Below are positions 51,108 through 64,000 of a stretch of DNA of 64,000 nucleotides, in pieces; within the stretch, counting starts at the first letter, position 1, and each line of letters begins with the position of its first letter. The translations under genes and the position numbers were made by a program. The stretch lies in contig NC_068983.1 of the NCBI RefSeq assembly GCF_001194135.2, forward strand, positions 64,212,170 through 64,276,169, written 5' to 3'. The stretch comes from Octopus bimaculoides. Lineage: Eukaryota. The notes beneath the pieces are model-generated. The model ran no database searches. It was not told where the DNA came from and saw nothing but the letters and a program-made list of their open reading frames with translations.

Positions 51108-52960
51108 CTACCGCCTGTCTACACCTATACGGTGCATGTTGTGAAACCTTCTCAGCTCAAAGCCCGCCAGGTGACTCGCTGCAGCCACCACACCCTGTAC
51201 ATCCTCTATCGCCACCAACCAGGGCTTTTTCACCCTGGTTAGCCCATCTACCTTATTCTTTTCTGAATGCACAAACACGACCCGCAGTTTCAGGACAAAC
51301 TCAGTGGCCAGCTCTCTGAGGATTCCTAACCGCCGCTTCACTCTCATTTCCGCGCCTCCCTTTGTGAGGACTCTCCTTTGATTGCTGACCACTGATGCCA
51401 CCCACCCTCTTTGTGTGGCCGAATCACTTCGAATTTCCAATACGTAGAGCCCCCATCTCAGTGCCAAGTTCACACCCTTTAGTACGGCATCCAATTCAGC
51501 CATATTGATGTGGCTGCAATCATCTTTTTTTCTGCTGCATCTTCCACCTCTACACCTCCACTTCCGAGATAAATCCTATTGCGATGCTACTTGCAACATA
51601 CCGAACAACTCCCTTTTTTTGTTTCAGGCCCATTCCAGCAGCCCCTCACTCGATCCTCCGCTCCCACTCTTTCCAAAACGTCTTCCATCCGCAAAACGTC
51701 TTGCATCATAGCAGTTGTCTTCTCTCCCAATTTGTCGTTCCACTTTACTTCTTCGGCACGCCTTTTGATAAAGCCGCATGCTGTCTGGTGCCATCCTGCA
51801 ATTGGGTAGTGTCCCACCAGCTTCTCACACACTAAGAGTTCTTGCCTATTCATATCTCTGGTCAGGTTGGGAATCTCATTTCCTCGGCAAAAAACAATCC
51901 TCTCACCAGCGCAGCGTCTCCAACTATTGTAGCAATCAGCCCAAGCTTCTTCAGATGATCTACGAATTCCTCTGCCGCCGTTACATTATTATCTAGAAGG
52001 ATGTCTTCGATGTATGAATTACTCGCTTAATCCACATCGGCTACCTTTCCCAAGTCCGTCTTGAGGACCTTTGCCATAACTTTCGGTGCCGAACTCAGGT
52101 CAAACCCCAACCGAATCAAGCAGTAAGTTCTACCCTTGTACCTCACTAACTGGCATTTCCACAGTTTCTTGGACACATGGAGTTGCAGATAGGCCAACTT
52201 CAGGTCGACGATTGTAGCTGCTCATGTCATGCGACTCCGAACCGGCAAATTTTCCCCGCACACGTCTCCTGCCTCACCACTCATATGACTTGACATGTGC
52301 TCATTCAGTTCACAGAAATAGAGTACTGGTCGAACCTTGTTCTTCGTGGGCTGCACCACAATATTAAGGTCAACACACCACTTTTCTCTTCTTCCCATGG
52401 CATCAAAATACTCTCCTCTATCGATCGATCCACCTCTCTCTCGAATTCATTCCTGGGTCCTCCTTTCAGGGTATGTTCCTAACTGCACACACTGTTTCAC
52501 AACAGCAGGGGCTTTCGTTTCCATAAGTACTCTACCGTCCAACGTGTGCCATCGACTTTGGCCTGGAAGTCCTTGTCTTCATTGTCGTATACATCGTCCC
52601 CTCTTTCTACGTGCGTTCCGTCGCTCTCGTAGCCTTTCTCCGGCTCTCAATGCTCATAGCACGCAGCACATCGGTTGCCGAATGCCACTCCATTCTCGCC
52701 TACCGTCACGCCACCCAGCTGGATAATCACGTCCATTCCTACCTCTACGTCAACCACTTCGTCGACAGCAATTGCCTGAAACTTCACTGCCAACCCTTGC
52801 ACTATCAACTGTATTCCGCTCTCGCCTCTGCACCTAACTTTCCTGCCATCCATTGCGCTCGGATGTGGGTTACACCCCAGATAGTCACCGTTTTTACAGT
52901 CTTCAAGGTTGTAGTGCAAACAGTATCCACGAGGGATCTAGCCTCTTTCGACCCCACCTA
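51108..52960 (-). pseudogene. Gypsy pol remnant (protease-RT-RNase H, start of integrase)
   Basis: SLVDTVCTT (protease), VVQPTKNKVRPVL, IVDLKLAYLQLHV, YCLIRLGFDLSSAPK, SYIEDILL, EIRSDSAT (RNase H) and HNMHRIGVDR. In-frame stops are present. Confidence 0.92.
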
Positions 52961-53093
52961 AACGTTTATTATTGGCAGCGACTGGGAGTGCGCCTCTAAT
53001 CGGTTGACGGTGTAGCTACCATCGCAGTAGCTCCCCTCCATCTGTTTCCCTGTTTACATACGTTAGTAATGTGCCCAGGCTTGTCACACCAGT

Positions 53094-53612
53094 TCACACC
53101 ACTTCTAGTTTCGGTGTCATGCAGTCTCTGACTATATGACGACCCCGACATCTGAAACATAGTCCCTTCGTCGTTCGCCCAGCCTCTCTCACCTCATCCT
53201 TCTTCCTGTTCGTTTCCATTCGCCTCTTCGTCGTTTTCGCCTCCACCATCGTACAAACTACATCGCGTCTGTTGTTCTGAGTCATGACACAAGTTCTCTC
53301 TATCAACTCACTCACCAGAATGATATGGATACCCGGTAGCTGCTGCAAACTTATTGAAATGTAATCAGGAAATCCGGTCACACAGGCCGACCTCACAACA
53401 CTCACCATTGCCTCACCGGAAATCCCTGCTAAAGCTACGAATCTCCTAATCTCTCTCGCATAGTCATCGACCTGTTTTCCGGTCGACCTCACGCTTCCGA
53501 GCTTACTATACATCTTAAAGGTTCCTTCCGTGTAAGCAACTTTCAACCGTTCCTCGATCTCTTCGATCTTTTGCTGATCGTCTTCCGACATCTCCAGATA
53601 CAGGTTCAGCAC
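53094..53612 (-). pseudogene. Gypsy gag remnant
   Basis: LYLEMSEDDQQKIEEIEERLK..VDDYAREIRR plus the zinc knuckle CFRCRGRHIVRDC. Confidence 0.88.
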
Positions 53613-55751
53613 ACTACATTATCCCACCACTTATTATAATCCTGTGAGCGTGAGATCAGAAACACAAAGTCAAGTGAAACTCACAATGAGAGACGTAAAA
53701 GTCAGGTAGTCAAACTCATGGTGGTATTCAGCACAGTATATCGACAGCAGCATTTTGCAGCACAAAGATATTTAGCAGACGGAATTGGTCGGGAACTGTC
53801 TCTGGCAGATCTCTGCTCTTAATGGTCATGGTAAAAGTGTTCTAAGATCTATGTAGAAAGATGTTCCCAAACTCTCATGTACTCAGCTAAGTTCGCGTAA
53901 AAGGAAACCATGCTTTGCAGGACATTCCATATGAAAGCAAATGTTTCTTGTTTTTGGCAATTCGACAATCCCATCTTTGCGCTAAATTGATCTTTTAGTC
54001 AGTGCACGTAAGCATTACAATGGAGGAATTCAATGATATTTGCCTTCTTCAAAAGAGCTCTATTAATGACGTTGGGTTGGGGGAAATAGTTTCCGGGAAA
54101 TATTTACTCATCGTGGACATTATCATCATAGTATCAGTATACCTAGAAGAATAACTAGATTAAAGAAAAACGTGGACTGTAGTGAGAAATTGCTTATCAT
54201 TAATAACTGCTGATACAACTGAATTTCCGCTGCAAACAGACGATGTTTCACGTAATTGTGTACGAATGCAGTGACTTTGTCATCTGATATTTGAAAAAGA
54301 GATTCTTTATTAAACAACTGACATGACATTAACTATGGTATGTAACTGTAATTGTGTCGTCCAGGTGGGTGTTATTGATGCAAAACGGAAGCGCAGTAAA
54401 ATCTGGGACAAAAATTCTACGACCATAGTGTTCGGAAAACAAAACAACAATGGCATCTGTCTTTTTTGTCTGCATTCAGGGCACGACCATTACTGACGTC
54501 ATCTTTCTGAAGAATTATTACACGTTGACATGGATATTTTCAAATTCATGTACTGATATCCTATCGAATAAATTCTGGATTGATGTTAAACCAAAACATT
54601 ATGTTTTACTCCCGCATGTAAAAAATCTTACTAATTGTTAGACAGATGAGTGAACAGTGTTACCAAAGCTTATATTGTAACACTAACCCGAATTCAGTGG
54701 AAAGAACATCAGTTATCAAGAAGCTCACTTACTGCAATCACTACATTGCCTGCATTGTAAAATCTTCCGGCATTCTCTTCTACCGCTATGAAAAGTTTTT
54801 CATGCAGCTGGAATGAAAGAGCGTGTCGATCTTAAATGAAACATTTTATGATGATGTTGTGGAAGGCATCAGATTCAAAGACTAGGCTGTCGTGAAAGAA
54901 ATACAATCATTATCGAAGAGCTCCTCATAGACATTTCCGAGGCTCATAGAGCGAATCTGAGCATTCCTTAATTACATGCTCTAATGAAGCAGAGTCGTAC
55001 CATTCCAATACGCCATAAATCTTGAATAATTAACAAGATCAGGATATTCAGATTCATGCAGACATATTTCATACGGAGAGCAATCTGAAATGGAACGTAC
55101 GACCAGAATCAAGCGTGAAATTAGGGAAGTCTATATGTTCTGCGGCTGGCCATGCACCAAAACCAGTTTATGTTAATCAGCATGCTCTTTAGTAGAAGCT
55201 ACGCGGTTCATTAATCAATTAATTTATATATGATTGAATAAGACTTTGTCGGTTGCAGACAAAAAGAAAGAGAACGAAGAAATTAGATTTAGCTATGTTG
55301 TTTCACACACATAAGTTCACACAAATGCGTTGACTTCTAATCCTTCAAAGATTCAGTTTATAGACACGCTTGCTTAAATATGCACGCTAAAATACAAAAA
55401 TACATAAGCATACGTAAAAAAACATATCACCATAAAAATACTTATGCAGACGTAGTAGAAAATATTCTAAATAGATATTTAAAAAGCTCCGCCAGCATTC
55501 TACCCATCTACTAACAGATGTCGAAATATGTGGCCTTTTTTTCTCTCTTTTATAAGGGACATATTTTACTGAACACATTGGTGGAATTCAGAACGGTTAA
55601 TGTAAGAACACTTCTCACTACTTGGATTTTATATCGGTGAAAATGGCCGACCGGAAAAACAACAATAGAACTAATCTATAATTTTTCGAAGACAGCATAA
55701 ACATTCCAATAATTTTGTATGATCTTCAATAAGTACGATACAGTCATTCAC

Positions 55752-55919
55752 TTTGCTAGCAAATCTGTTGGTATGTAAACATCATCAGACCTGAACAGCT
55801 GCGACAACAGGCAATTTGTTGAAATACATTGACTGAGACGACGTAAACTATCTGAAAAGTCAATGATAACAACTGACATTTCAATTTCTGACAGATCAAT
55901 TGATTTTTCCAAAGAAATC
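55752..55919 (-). CDS. candidate internal coding exon (168 bp, phase 2-2), unknown product
   Basis: Acceptor ...ATTGGTATAG|, donor |GTGAAT, and the open frame ISLEKSIDLSEIEMSVVIIDFSDSLRRLSQCISTNCLLSQLFRSDDVYIPTDLLA. No homolog recognised. Confidence 0.4.
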
Positions 55920-56509
55920 CTATACCAATTAATAGTGAACATAGAATAGTGATGCAAATTTAAGCCCTAGCAAAACAAGACGCCAACCAGCCTCACCACG
56001 AAAATACCCCCACACACACACACCACCACCGCCAACATACACCACCATCACCACCACCGTCACCTCCAGCAGCGCTTTCATGGCTCATCTTGCTTATACG
56101 TGCCGAAATAAACGATCTAACCAAATTAACTTCAGAATATTTACAATTTAAGGCCCCCTACAGTTCTAGCTTCCAGAGAATTAAAAAAATATTTAAGTCT
56201 TTATTTCTTAAAAACATAACTTTGATTGGCAAGATTGGAGTGTATAATAATTTCTCTAGAATTACAAGTTATTATAAAAGGACATTCGATAATAACAGTT
56301 AAGAGATATATACATAGAATTATTATCAAACTAAAATAAGATGAGTATATAACCCTTATATGCTACAGACGTCCAGAATTGCAGTTGATGTAATAGAATT
56401 ACGATGTAAACAGCTTGAAGATTACAAAAACATAGCAACATTTACATCATATAATATATGTAGGAAAATAATCAAACCACACACCACTTGGAAAGCATGA
56501 ATGATGCTT

Positions 56510-56621
56510 TCGACCCCGAAAGTTTGAAAGGCAAAATCGACCTTCCCTGAATTTGAACTAAGAACGTAGCGGCAGACGAAATACCGCTAAGCATTTCTCC
56601 CGGTGTGCTAACGATGCTGCC
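56510..56621 (-). mobile_element. SINE 5' half
   Basis: GGCAGCATCGTTAGCACACCGGGAGAAATGCTTAGCGGTATTTCG...TTCGGGGTCGA. Confidence 0.85.
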
Positions 56622-56890
56622 ATGAATAATGCCTGGTGGTTGTACACTCTGAAAGAACATCTCAAGACTAGAATATTATGGTTCCTTTCTGTGGTTTGTT
56701 TCATCAGTCGTTCGGTTGATTCCTTTAGCTTTTCCGCTTTAGTGGGAGGTGGTGTTGGGGTTGCTTTTGTTAGAAGCGTTCCTTTCCTTCTTTTTACAAA
56801 TTCATTATCTCCGTGAATTTGAATATCATCGTTCAAAGTTGCTTTGTCGTTGCCTTCCTTAGGCAACGGTTCACTTGAGGATTCATCATT
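56558..56890 (-). CDS. candidate exon whose frame runs into a SINE
   Basis: The acceptor CCCTTTTTTTAG| precedes NDESSSEPLPKEGNDKAT...KAEKLKESTERLMKQ. No strong donor was found, and the stop lies inside the SINE. Confidence 0.33.
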   Translation of the reverse strand, partial: NDESSSEPLPKEGNDKATLNDDIQIHGDNEFVKRRKGTLLTKATPTPPPTKAEKLKESTERLMKQTTERNHNILVLRCSFRVYNHQALFMAASLAHREKCLAVFRLPLRS

Positions 56891-57124
56891 CTAAAAAAAG
56901 GGTATCCAATTTGTCCAAGTGGGGTTTGATGAGTGAATATATGAGCGAATAAAAACATTCCTCCCTTCTGTTAAATTCGTTGGTTTTGAAGGACACTCAA
57001 TAAAGTGGTTGAGTGAATCATTTTCGGCTATAGCCGAAATTCTGAGGGATAGATCTAACCGGTGGTTTTCCAGTTTCTTGACGACAACTTCAGTAGACTA
57101 ATTACCTCCTTCTTTCTGGCGTGT

Positions 57125-57635
57125 GGTTATGTGAGTGATTGTTTTTTGTTCATGGAGAGAGGGGGAGAGAAAGAGAGGGAGGGGGAGACAGAGAGGGAGG
57201 GAAGAAAGAGAAGGACGGAGACTGAGAAAAAGAGTGGAGAATGAAAGAATGAGAGTGAGAGCGAAGTAAATATGGGGATATTCAATGAGTGAGTTAAGAC
57301 AGGGTGGGAAATAAGCAGAGGGTGAAAGGGAGAGCAAGCGGAGTGTGGGAGAGGAGAACAAGTGGAGAGGGAGAGAAGGTTAAGAGGAAAGAGCGGATAG
57401 ATGACAGATAGGGGAGAGCAACTGCAGAAGGAGGGAGAAGGAGAGAGTGGGATAAATGGAGGATAGTGGAGATTTAGAGTGAATATATGAGGGTGTACAG
57501 AGGGGGGAAGGAGACTGGGTGTAGAATACGCGAAGTGAGATAGCGGGTAGGGTGAAAGAGAAGAAAGTGAAAGAGAGGTGAAGAGATATGGGAAGTACAA
57601 TGAACACTTATTAGAATCAAGATGGAAGGACATAT

Positions 57636-57706
<71 letters not shown>
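57125..57706. repeat. GA-rich degenerate low-complexity tract followed by (CA)n
   Basis: Seen directly. Confidence 0.85.
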
Positions 57707-58416
57707 NNNNNNNNNNNNNNNNNNNNNNNNNNNNNNNNNNNNNNNNNNNNNNNNNNNNNNNNNNNNNNNNNNNNNNNNNNNNNNNNNNNNNNNNNNNNNN
57801 NNNNNNNNNNNNNNNNNNNNNNNNNNNNNNNNNNNNNNNNNNNNNNNNNNNNNNNNNNNNNNNNNNNNNNNNNNNNNNNNNNNNNNNNNNNNNNNNNNNN
57901 NNNNNNNNNNNNNNNNNNNNNNNNNNNNNNNNNNNNNNNNNNNNNNNNNNNNNNNNNNNNNNNNNNNNNNNNNNNNTATATATATAATATATATATATTA
58001 GAATATATCCAGGTACATAGTAACATTCAATTTGAAAGAAAATTCCAAAACGGAAGTAATATGGATTTTCCTGAGCGCTATCTTTTTGTATAAAATTGAA
58101 ATAGATTTATCAAACCATAACGTAAGATTTCTCCACTTAACTTACCTGATAAATACCGGCGCAGATTTGGAAACTAACCTTCAAACCGCTTATCATTCGA
58201 CTGTCGGTGAAATCTAGTTTATGTCAGTTATTATTTATCACATTCCACAAAACATCGTTGTCCTTTAAGCATTACAGTATATAATTGAAAAGTTGTTCTG
58301 TTCTTAAAGATATTAAGTTACTGCCAGACTATATCTTTCAATTCATGCTTTGACTAATTACTTTCCTAGTGAACCGGCCCAAAGTAGTGTACATTTAATT
58401 AGCTTGTTTTTAATAG

Positions 58417-58581
58417 TTGCATCTAATTTATCAAATGATAGTGAAGTGCTGCAGCAGTCTCAGATAAGAGACACATTTAATGAAATCCCTGGAGGATTTC
58501 TTTTACCTTATTCATTACATAAAATGGCTAGAATTTGGAGCTATGGTTATTTCCAGGGAACAATCTCTCAAGAATCGAAAA
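58417..58581 (+). CDS. candidate internal coding exon (165 bp, phase 1-1), unknown product
   Basis: Acceptor TTGTTTTTAATAG|, donor |GTAATC, and the open frame ASNLSNDSEVLQQSQIRDTFNEIPGGFLLPYSLHKMARIWSYGYFQGTISQESK. Confidence 0.3.
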
Positions 58582-61500
58582 GTAATCAATTTGATTCAAT
58601 AAAATCTCTGCTTTAGACTGATCATGATGATAAAGTAACTTTCGATCTTGTTTAAATCTATCCGCTAATTTCTCCGCTGTCTTGTCACTGCACCCGTTAC
58701 ACTCTTACTGTTTTAACTTATTCTATTGAAATAAATCATTCAAAACGTCTGTGTTTAGTTACAGCCATCTAAAATAATTAGATTTATACGAAACAAAAGG
58801 GAAGTATTGCAAAGAATAGCGGAGTGTTTGACATTCTATTTGTAGCAAGTTATTTTCTCCGTGATACAGAATAACCTGACTTTATATATAATACACTAAA
58901 CAATATCTAACAGCAGGTCATACACATTTAAATACATACTCATTATACACATACATGCATATAACCACACACTGAACATGCACATAAATGCGTACGCACA
59001 CAAACAACACGCATTGAGATGCACACACACACACACGCATAAGCACACGCACACACACACACACACACACCCACACACCCACACTCACACAAAACGAACG
59101 AAGTCGACTAAAAAAATCATGGCTGTAAGAGTTCACTAGACACTCCCCGAGTAGAATTCTAAGGTTATCATAACCCTATTTTCAAGGACCCATCTCTTTA
59201 CAAATAAGAGATCATATTCATTGCTAAATTATACAATAACTAGGCAAATGCTTCTGGAGAAAGAAATGTTTTGTATTAGAGTAACCTGTAATACTCATCC
59301 AGCTTGTATGAATGATTGTTTTAGGTTTTAGAAATATATCGTTTGAAAAATGTGTAGGTGAGTTGTGTTTTCCTCAATCAATATCATGAATATTGCGCAG
59401 CAAGGGATGAAGAATAAATAGGAATACTGACTTTGAGAGAGATGTAATAGTGACTGGGGAAATTTGTTTCATTAAAATCTTATTCTCTTCCCTTACTTAA
59501 AAAGTATTGCATAGACACTATAGAGATTTAACAAATTTTGGTTTTTAATTGATAAATTTTTGCAGTCGATTATTTAAAGTGGTGAGGAAAAGGAAAAATA
59601 AAGTCAAGGTGGAATAGTAAACCTATTGATAGTCACTTAAACACAACAATAAACAGCAAAAAATACGCATACGTTTTGACAGTCAACGTGACGTATATTA
59701 ATATACGCATTAGCTATACACTAGGTCGTAATGTTAATGATAGATTGCGTAACCATTACAGGTTTGTGTGGAAAAGTAATCTGGAAGATTTCAGTAGGCT
59801 TTGCCTAAGTTGTTGCAATTCTGATAAATCCGAATTCTGCTAGCATCGATTGAGGTATAGATATAGGGGATATAAATCTCATAATGAATGAGGATTTGTG
59901 AAGGTTATTGGGGGAATGATACTGAATACAGCAATCGGTAGGATTAGTTGGTATAATTTAGAAGGTTATCTTAAAATGTATTAACGTCTTTATAGTTAGG
60001 CCAAATCTTAAATACAAGTTAAAGAGGAGGAATTTGAAACTGGAGAACAGTAAAAGGTTTATTACTGAAACCTATTAGAATAATGAATAACTTGATAAGA
60101 AATGAACAAGTAATTAATAAGTAGAAATTTAAGGAATGTATTAACTCATTGTAAGCTAAATACATTGTAAATTCATTACCGGTGGATAAATCTGCGAAAC
60201 GTTTGTCACTATTTATAAGATGTATTCTTAAATGGTATTAGATTACAATTTAGGATTAGGAAGTAACATTAATTTCAAGGATAATTATACGTATAAAATA
60301 GCATCTGATAATACTAATAAAGTAGTAGGAAAATTAATGCATGAAATGGTAAAGTTGAGTGATACCAGAGTAGAAGATAGAGACAAATTTATTCTAAATT
60401 ATTTTTTGTGTTTCAAATTTAAGTAAACTTGCTTACAGGAGTAATTGTTTTTCGTGTACCAATAAACAACTGTTATCTTCGTTTATGCGTAGAATATTGA
60501 TATATTATCCTTTATAAGGTACTGTGAAGGAAGTTTTGCAATTTAAGAATTAGCTTATGTTGGAGTACAAGGTGTGTTAACAACTTTAAAAAAATCCTAA
60601 AAAACAAATTAATTCGTATCAAGACGGTATATGTTTTCTGCATACCATATTCTAATTTTGATCAAGGAGAGATGCAAAAAATTAAATTTCAAGTCATTGA
60701 TATACATTGATATATCCCTTAAAAAGTATGAAAACTTTTATTAAATGACGACAAGTTAAAAATGGTAAGTTTATTCTTAATATCGCATATGTTGCAATGG
60801 TGGGGACGATTTTTAAACATTTTGAAGGAAATCTAATAGTTGGTTATAGAATCCTTGTATACGCTGTTATAACTTGTCAACATTATCATAGCTGCTGTTG
60901 GTCTCAGAACATAAATGGCAGAAACAGATATAGCATCGTATCATCACCATCTTCCATACGATTCAGTCTATCCACTATTCCAGACTGATAAACATTTCTT
61001 TTTTATTGATGTCAAGATCATATAATAGAAAGTCCTCAGCAGGTTTAAATCTAAGTGCTGAGAAAGTTAGAGCAAATTCCGCAAAACATTCTGTCCGATA
61101 TTGAAACGATCTTGCTGCTTGGCTGCCTTAAACAGTATTGTGGTGTTCACTTAACAAGTAAGACTCTTCGGATACAGTAGAAATAAATTGCTCTAAAGAC
61201 AATCAAATGTTAATATACAGATGTCAAATTAATGGACTGCGATAGAAAATTGGACTAAATATCTTCCCTATTTTATTATTTTGGCATTACCCCATTTGCT
61301 AGGAATCTGAACATTTCTACAAGTTATTTTCTTTTCATTGAACTATTTCACTGAATTTGAAAGGTGTGATTACAAATGGCATGCTACGCAATCTAAATTA
61401 ACAATAAAATATAATTATTATTCTGGTAGAATTCGAACATGCACTTAATCGGAATGAAGCTATAATTGTTGCATGATAATAACTTTAGACATTTTCCTAA

Positions 61501-61582
61501 ACCAATTATCAAATGAAATATATGAAAACTATCTAGATATCTAGATAACCGATTTATCTGTATATTTCTATGTGCGTGTGTG

Positions 61583-61643
<61 letters not shown>

Positions 61644-61689
61644 NNNNNNNNNNNNNNNNNNNNNNNNNNNNNNNNNNNNNNNNNNNNNN

Positions 61690-61740
<51 letters not shown>

Positions 61741-63035
61741 CTTAGCATAATTCATATAACTTCATTAACTTACATCTGTTCGTACAAATTAATAAAATGT
61801 ATACAGAAGTTTCCAAAATATTAATTTTGCTACACCTACGCACACATTCGATCACTTCAAATAGTATGTCATCCCGCAACTAAAAGAAATGTCCAAATCA
61901 TGCTTCAGCTGCATATATAGAATTAGGGAAATATTCTACGGCATGCAGTTATAATAGCTTTGCTAGAAAGTGAAGTGATTAATTTCCTTTCTGCAGGAAC
62001 AGTCTCTAAGAACCAATTACCATTTAGCCGTAAATAACTCTGCTTATCGATTTTAATTTTACACAACAAATCATGTTTCTGTATTTTGTCTATGAACAGA
62101 GTGAAATTAGCACGAAAATTTTATGCATTTTGTAAAATATTGCAGATCGAAATAGAAGAATATGGGTCAAAATTAAAGTCACAGTTTAGCAATAAAACGT
62201 CTTTCATGTATTTCAAGTACACTATAAATGCAGCGTTTTCCTAAATGATTTCGAAGAAACTACACAAGCAGTATTTAATATCTCTGTAATATCTGTTGAT
62301 TTATGAAGAAATTAACCCTGTTATTCAACTGATGAAAATATATAATATATGCTACAATTTTAAAGAATTTACCATAACTGTATCTTCCATTACTCGATCA
62401 AGTTTTAAAATCAAATTAATTTCTATGCAATAACAATCTCCAGGCTGTATTAAGTGCCAAGACAAATCACAATATTGCAAGCAATTAATCAATGAACGTT
62501 AGGTTTTTATGCCATAAATATTATTTTGAAATGTTGGCCAATTCCACGTTTATTGCTCTCTGCAGTGCGTTACCATACGGAACAATTAAGGTTAGAAATA
62601 AATACAAATAAAAGCAAAATAACGAATTTAAAAGTCGAATATGCATTGGGATTAAATTCTGTATATTATTCGGTTGTTATTATTTCTAATATTAATCACA
62701 ATGGGTTAGATATTAATAAAATATAGAGAAATGGGATAGAAAATCAGTAATGAAATAAAGTAACTAATTACAAAAATAAATGACTATATGCAAATTAGGC
62801 TTTTAATAAATCGTACTTTGCTTACCATTCGATTGCATGTGGTCATCTGAAAAAGGTATGAGTCTAAATATAATAGTCTCAAACAATCATGTACACTTGA
62901 ACTGAGGTTTATGAACCCACGTATCTATGTATGTATGTATGTATGTATGTATGTATGTATGTATGTATGTATGTATGTATCTGTCTGTTTGTCTGTCTAT
63001 CGATCTATATATCTATCGAAATAGATATAAACATA

Positions 63036-63908
63036 CGAAGTGATATTATTAATTTCCCGGACTAGTTATGTTTAATAAAAAATAACTTATTTACCTAAGT
63101 TTTAACATGATCGCCTTCGAAATAGTCATCGTGTGAAGACAATACACCGGTCCCGGCTTTCCTGCCACTTTTGGAATCCGGCCTGGAAGACGTTTTTCGT
63201 AAACGCATTGCGGACCTTTTGTGAGTCGCTCTGGGTCTCAACAACGGAGTTAAAACGGCGACCTTTAAGCAGCATCTTAATCTTGGGGAAGAGATGGAAG
63301 TTTGCAGGTGCTAAATCTGGCGAATAGGGTCGGTGCGGAAGCGGTACCATGTGTTTTTGATGAGAAACACACGAGTGAGGAGAGCGAGGTGACATGATGC
63401 ATTGTCGTCGTGAAGAATCTTTTCCTATCCCACAGATCTGGTCGCTTTCGTCCAATGTCCTCTCACAAACATTTCAAGACGTCGCTGATTGTTTTCCGAT
63501 GATCCTCATGTAGGATCCTCATCTACATTTCCGGGGGCCTCGCTCGCGGCAAGTCTTCCACATTGCTCATTCTCTTCCAGGGAACATTTTCCACTTTGAA
63601 ACCAGCTGTGACACTCAAAACATTGCGTACGGCGCATTGCCACGTCGCCGTTAACTTGTCGAAGCATGCTCAGTGTCTCTGTAGCAGACCGTCCAAGTTC
63701 AACGCAAAATTTCAGGTTGGATCTTTGTTCTTGTCCATGACAAAATTGCAGACTACAGCGTACATGTGATCACAGAAACACAAATTTCACAACCTACGAA
63801 ATAAACACACCGATGTCACTCAGCAGACTACCTCATGAAGATCAGTTAGCACTCACTGCTTACGCAACCATGTGCTGACATCTGTTGGAACCATTTGATG
63901 CCACCTTA
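63036..63908 (-). mobile_element. internally deleted mariner transposon
   Basis: C-terminal LPHRPYSPDLAPANFHLFPKIK and N-terminal LKFCVELGRSATETLSMLRQ. Decayed TIRs TA|CGAAGTGATATT and TTTGATGCCACCT.|TA. Confidence 0.88.
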
Positions 63909-64000
63909 TATATTCATTCACATATGTACGCATGTATATATATCCATATATATAGTATGTATATATATATATATGCATATATATAGGCATGTATATATAT

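Larger units (their letters stand above)
2720..61689. other. assembly gaps (N runs)
   Basis: N runs at 2720-2850, 3937-3946, 8113-8300, 8873-9288, 10287-10347, 26326-27024, 27700-27968, 36211-36263, 40735-41330, 45242-45311, 57707-57976 and 61644-61689. Almost all are flanked by simple repeats. Confidence 0.99.

Noticed and set aside
53613-53900. 5' LTR of the Gypsy element
   Set aside because: There is no alignable similarity to the 50710-50959 LTR beyond a few bases.
57098-57701. S/L/P-rich ORFs on the minus strand
   Set aside because: They derive from a degenerate GA/CT low-complexity tract.
1720-61755. Numerous ORFs made of HT, VC, YI, LS or RE dipeptide runs or X stretches
   Set aside because: These are translations of microsatellites and N gaps.

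Overview
This is AT-rich, microsatellite-saturated animal DNA from a short-read assembly with 12 N gaps. The SINE families and repeat load point to an octopus (inference). No intact, identifiable host gene is present, only a few unverified exon-like segments (32.9, 55.8, 56.7 and 58.5 kb). Most interpretable sequence is decayed mobile DNA: tRNA-derived SINEs, RTE/RTE-X, CR1-like, L1/Tx1, R4/NeSL-like and Penelope-like (PLE) retroelement remnants, a 5'-truncated Gypsy element with one LTR, mariner, maT (DD37D) and DD36E Tc1-like transposons, and several MITEs. The most interesting signal is three 340-430 bp fold-back palindromes (2.1, 12.1 and 41.4 kb) associated with type I hammerhead-ribozyme-like motifs (CTGANGA-stem-GAAA-CAGYTG-TA). 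In two of them the motif sits in both arms on opposite strands. Decayed PLE 3' ends nearby suggest these are PLE pLTR-derived palindromic elements. Other notable items are a Merlin-type MITE with an 8-bp TSD carrying head-to-head telomeric repeats, a mariner element built from two left ends and nested in a maT transposase, and two exact locally templated insertions inside transposon ORFs, one of which replaces the RT YADD region. All translations and pairings were read by eye and no database searches were run.
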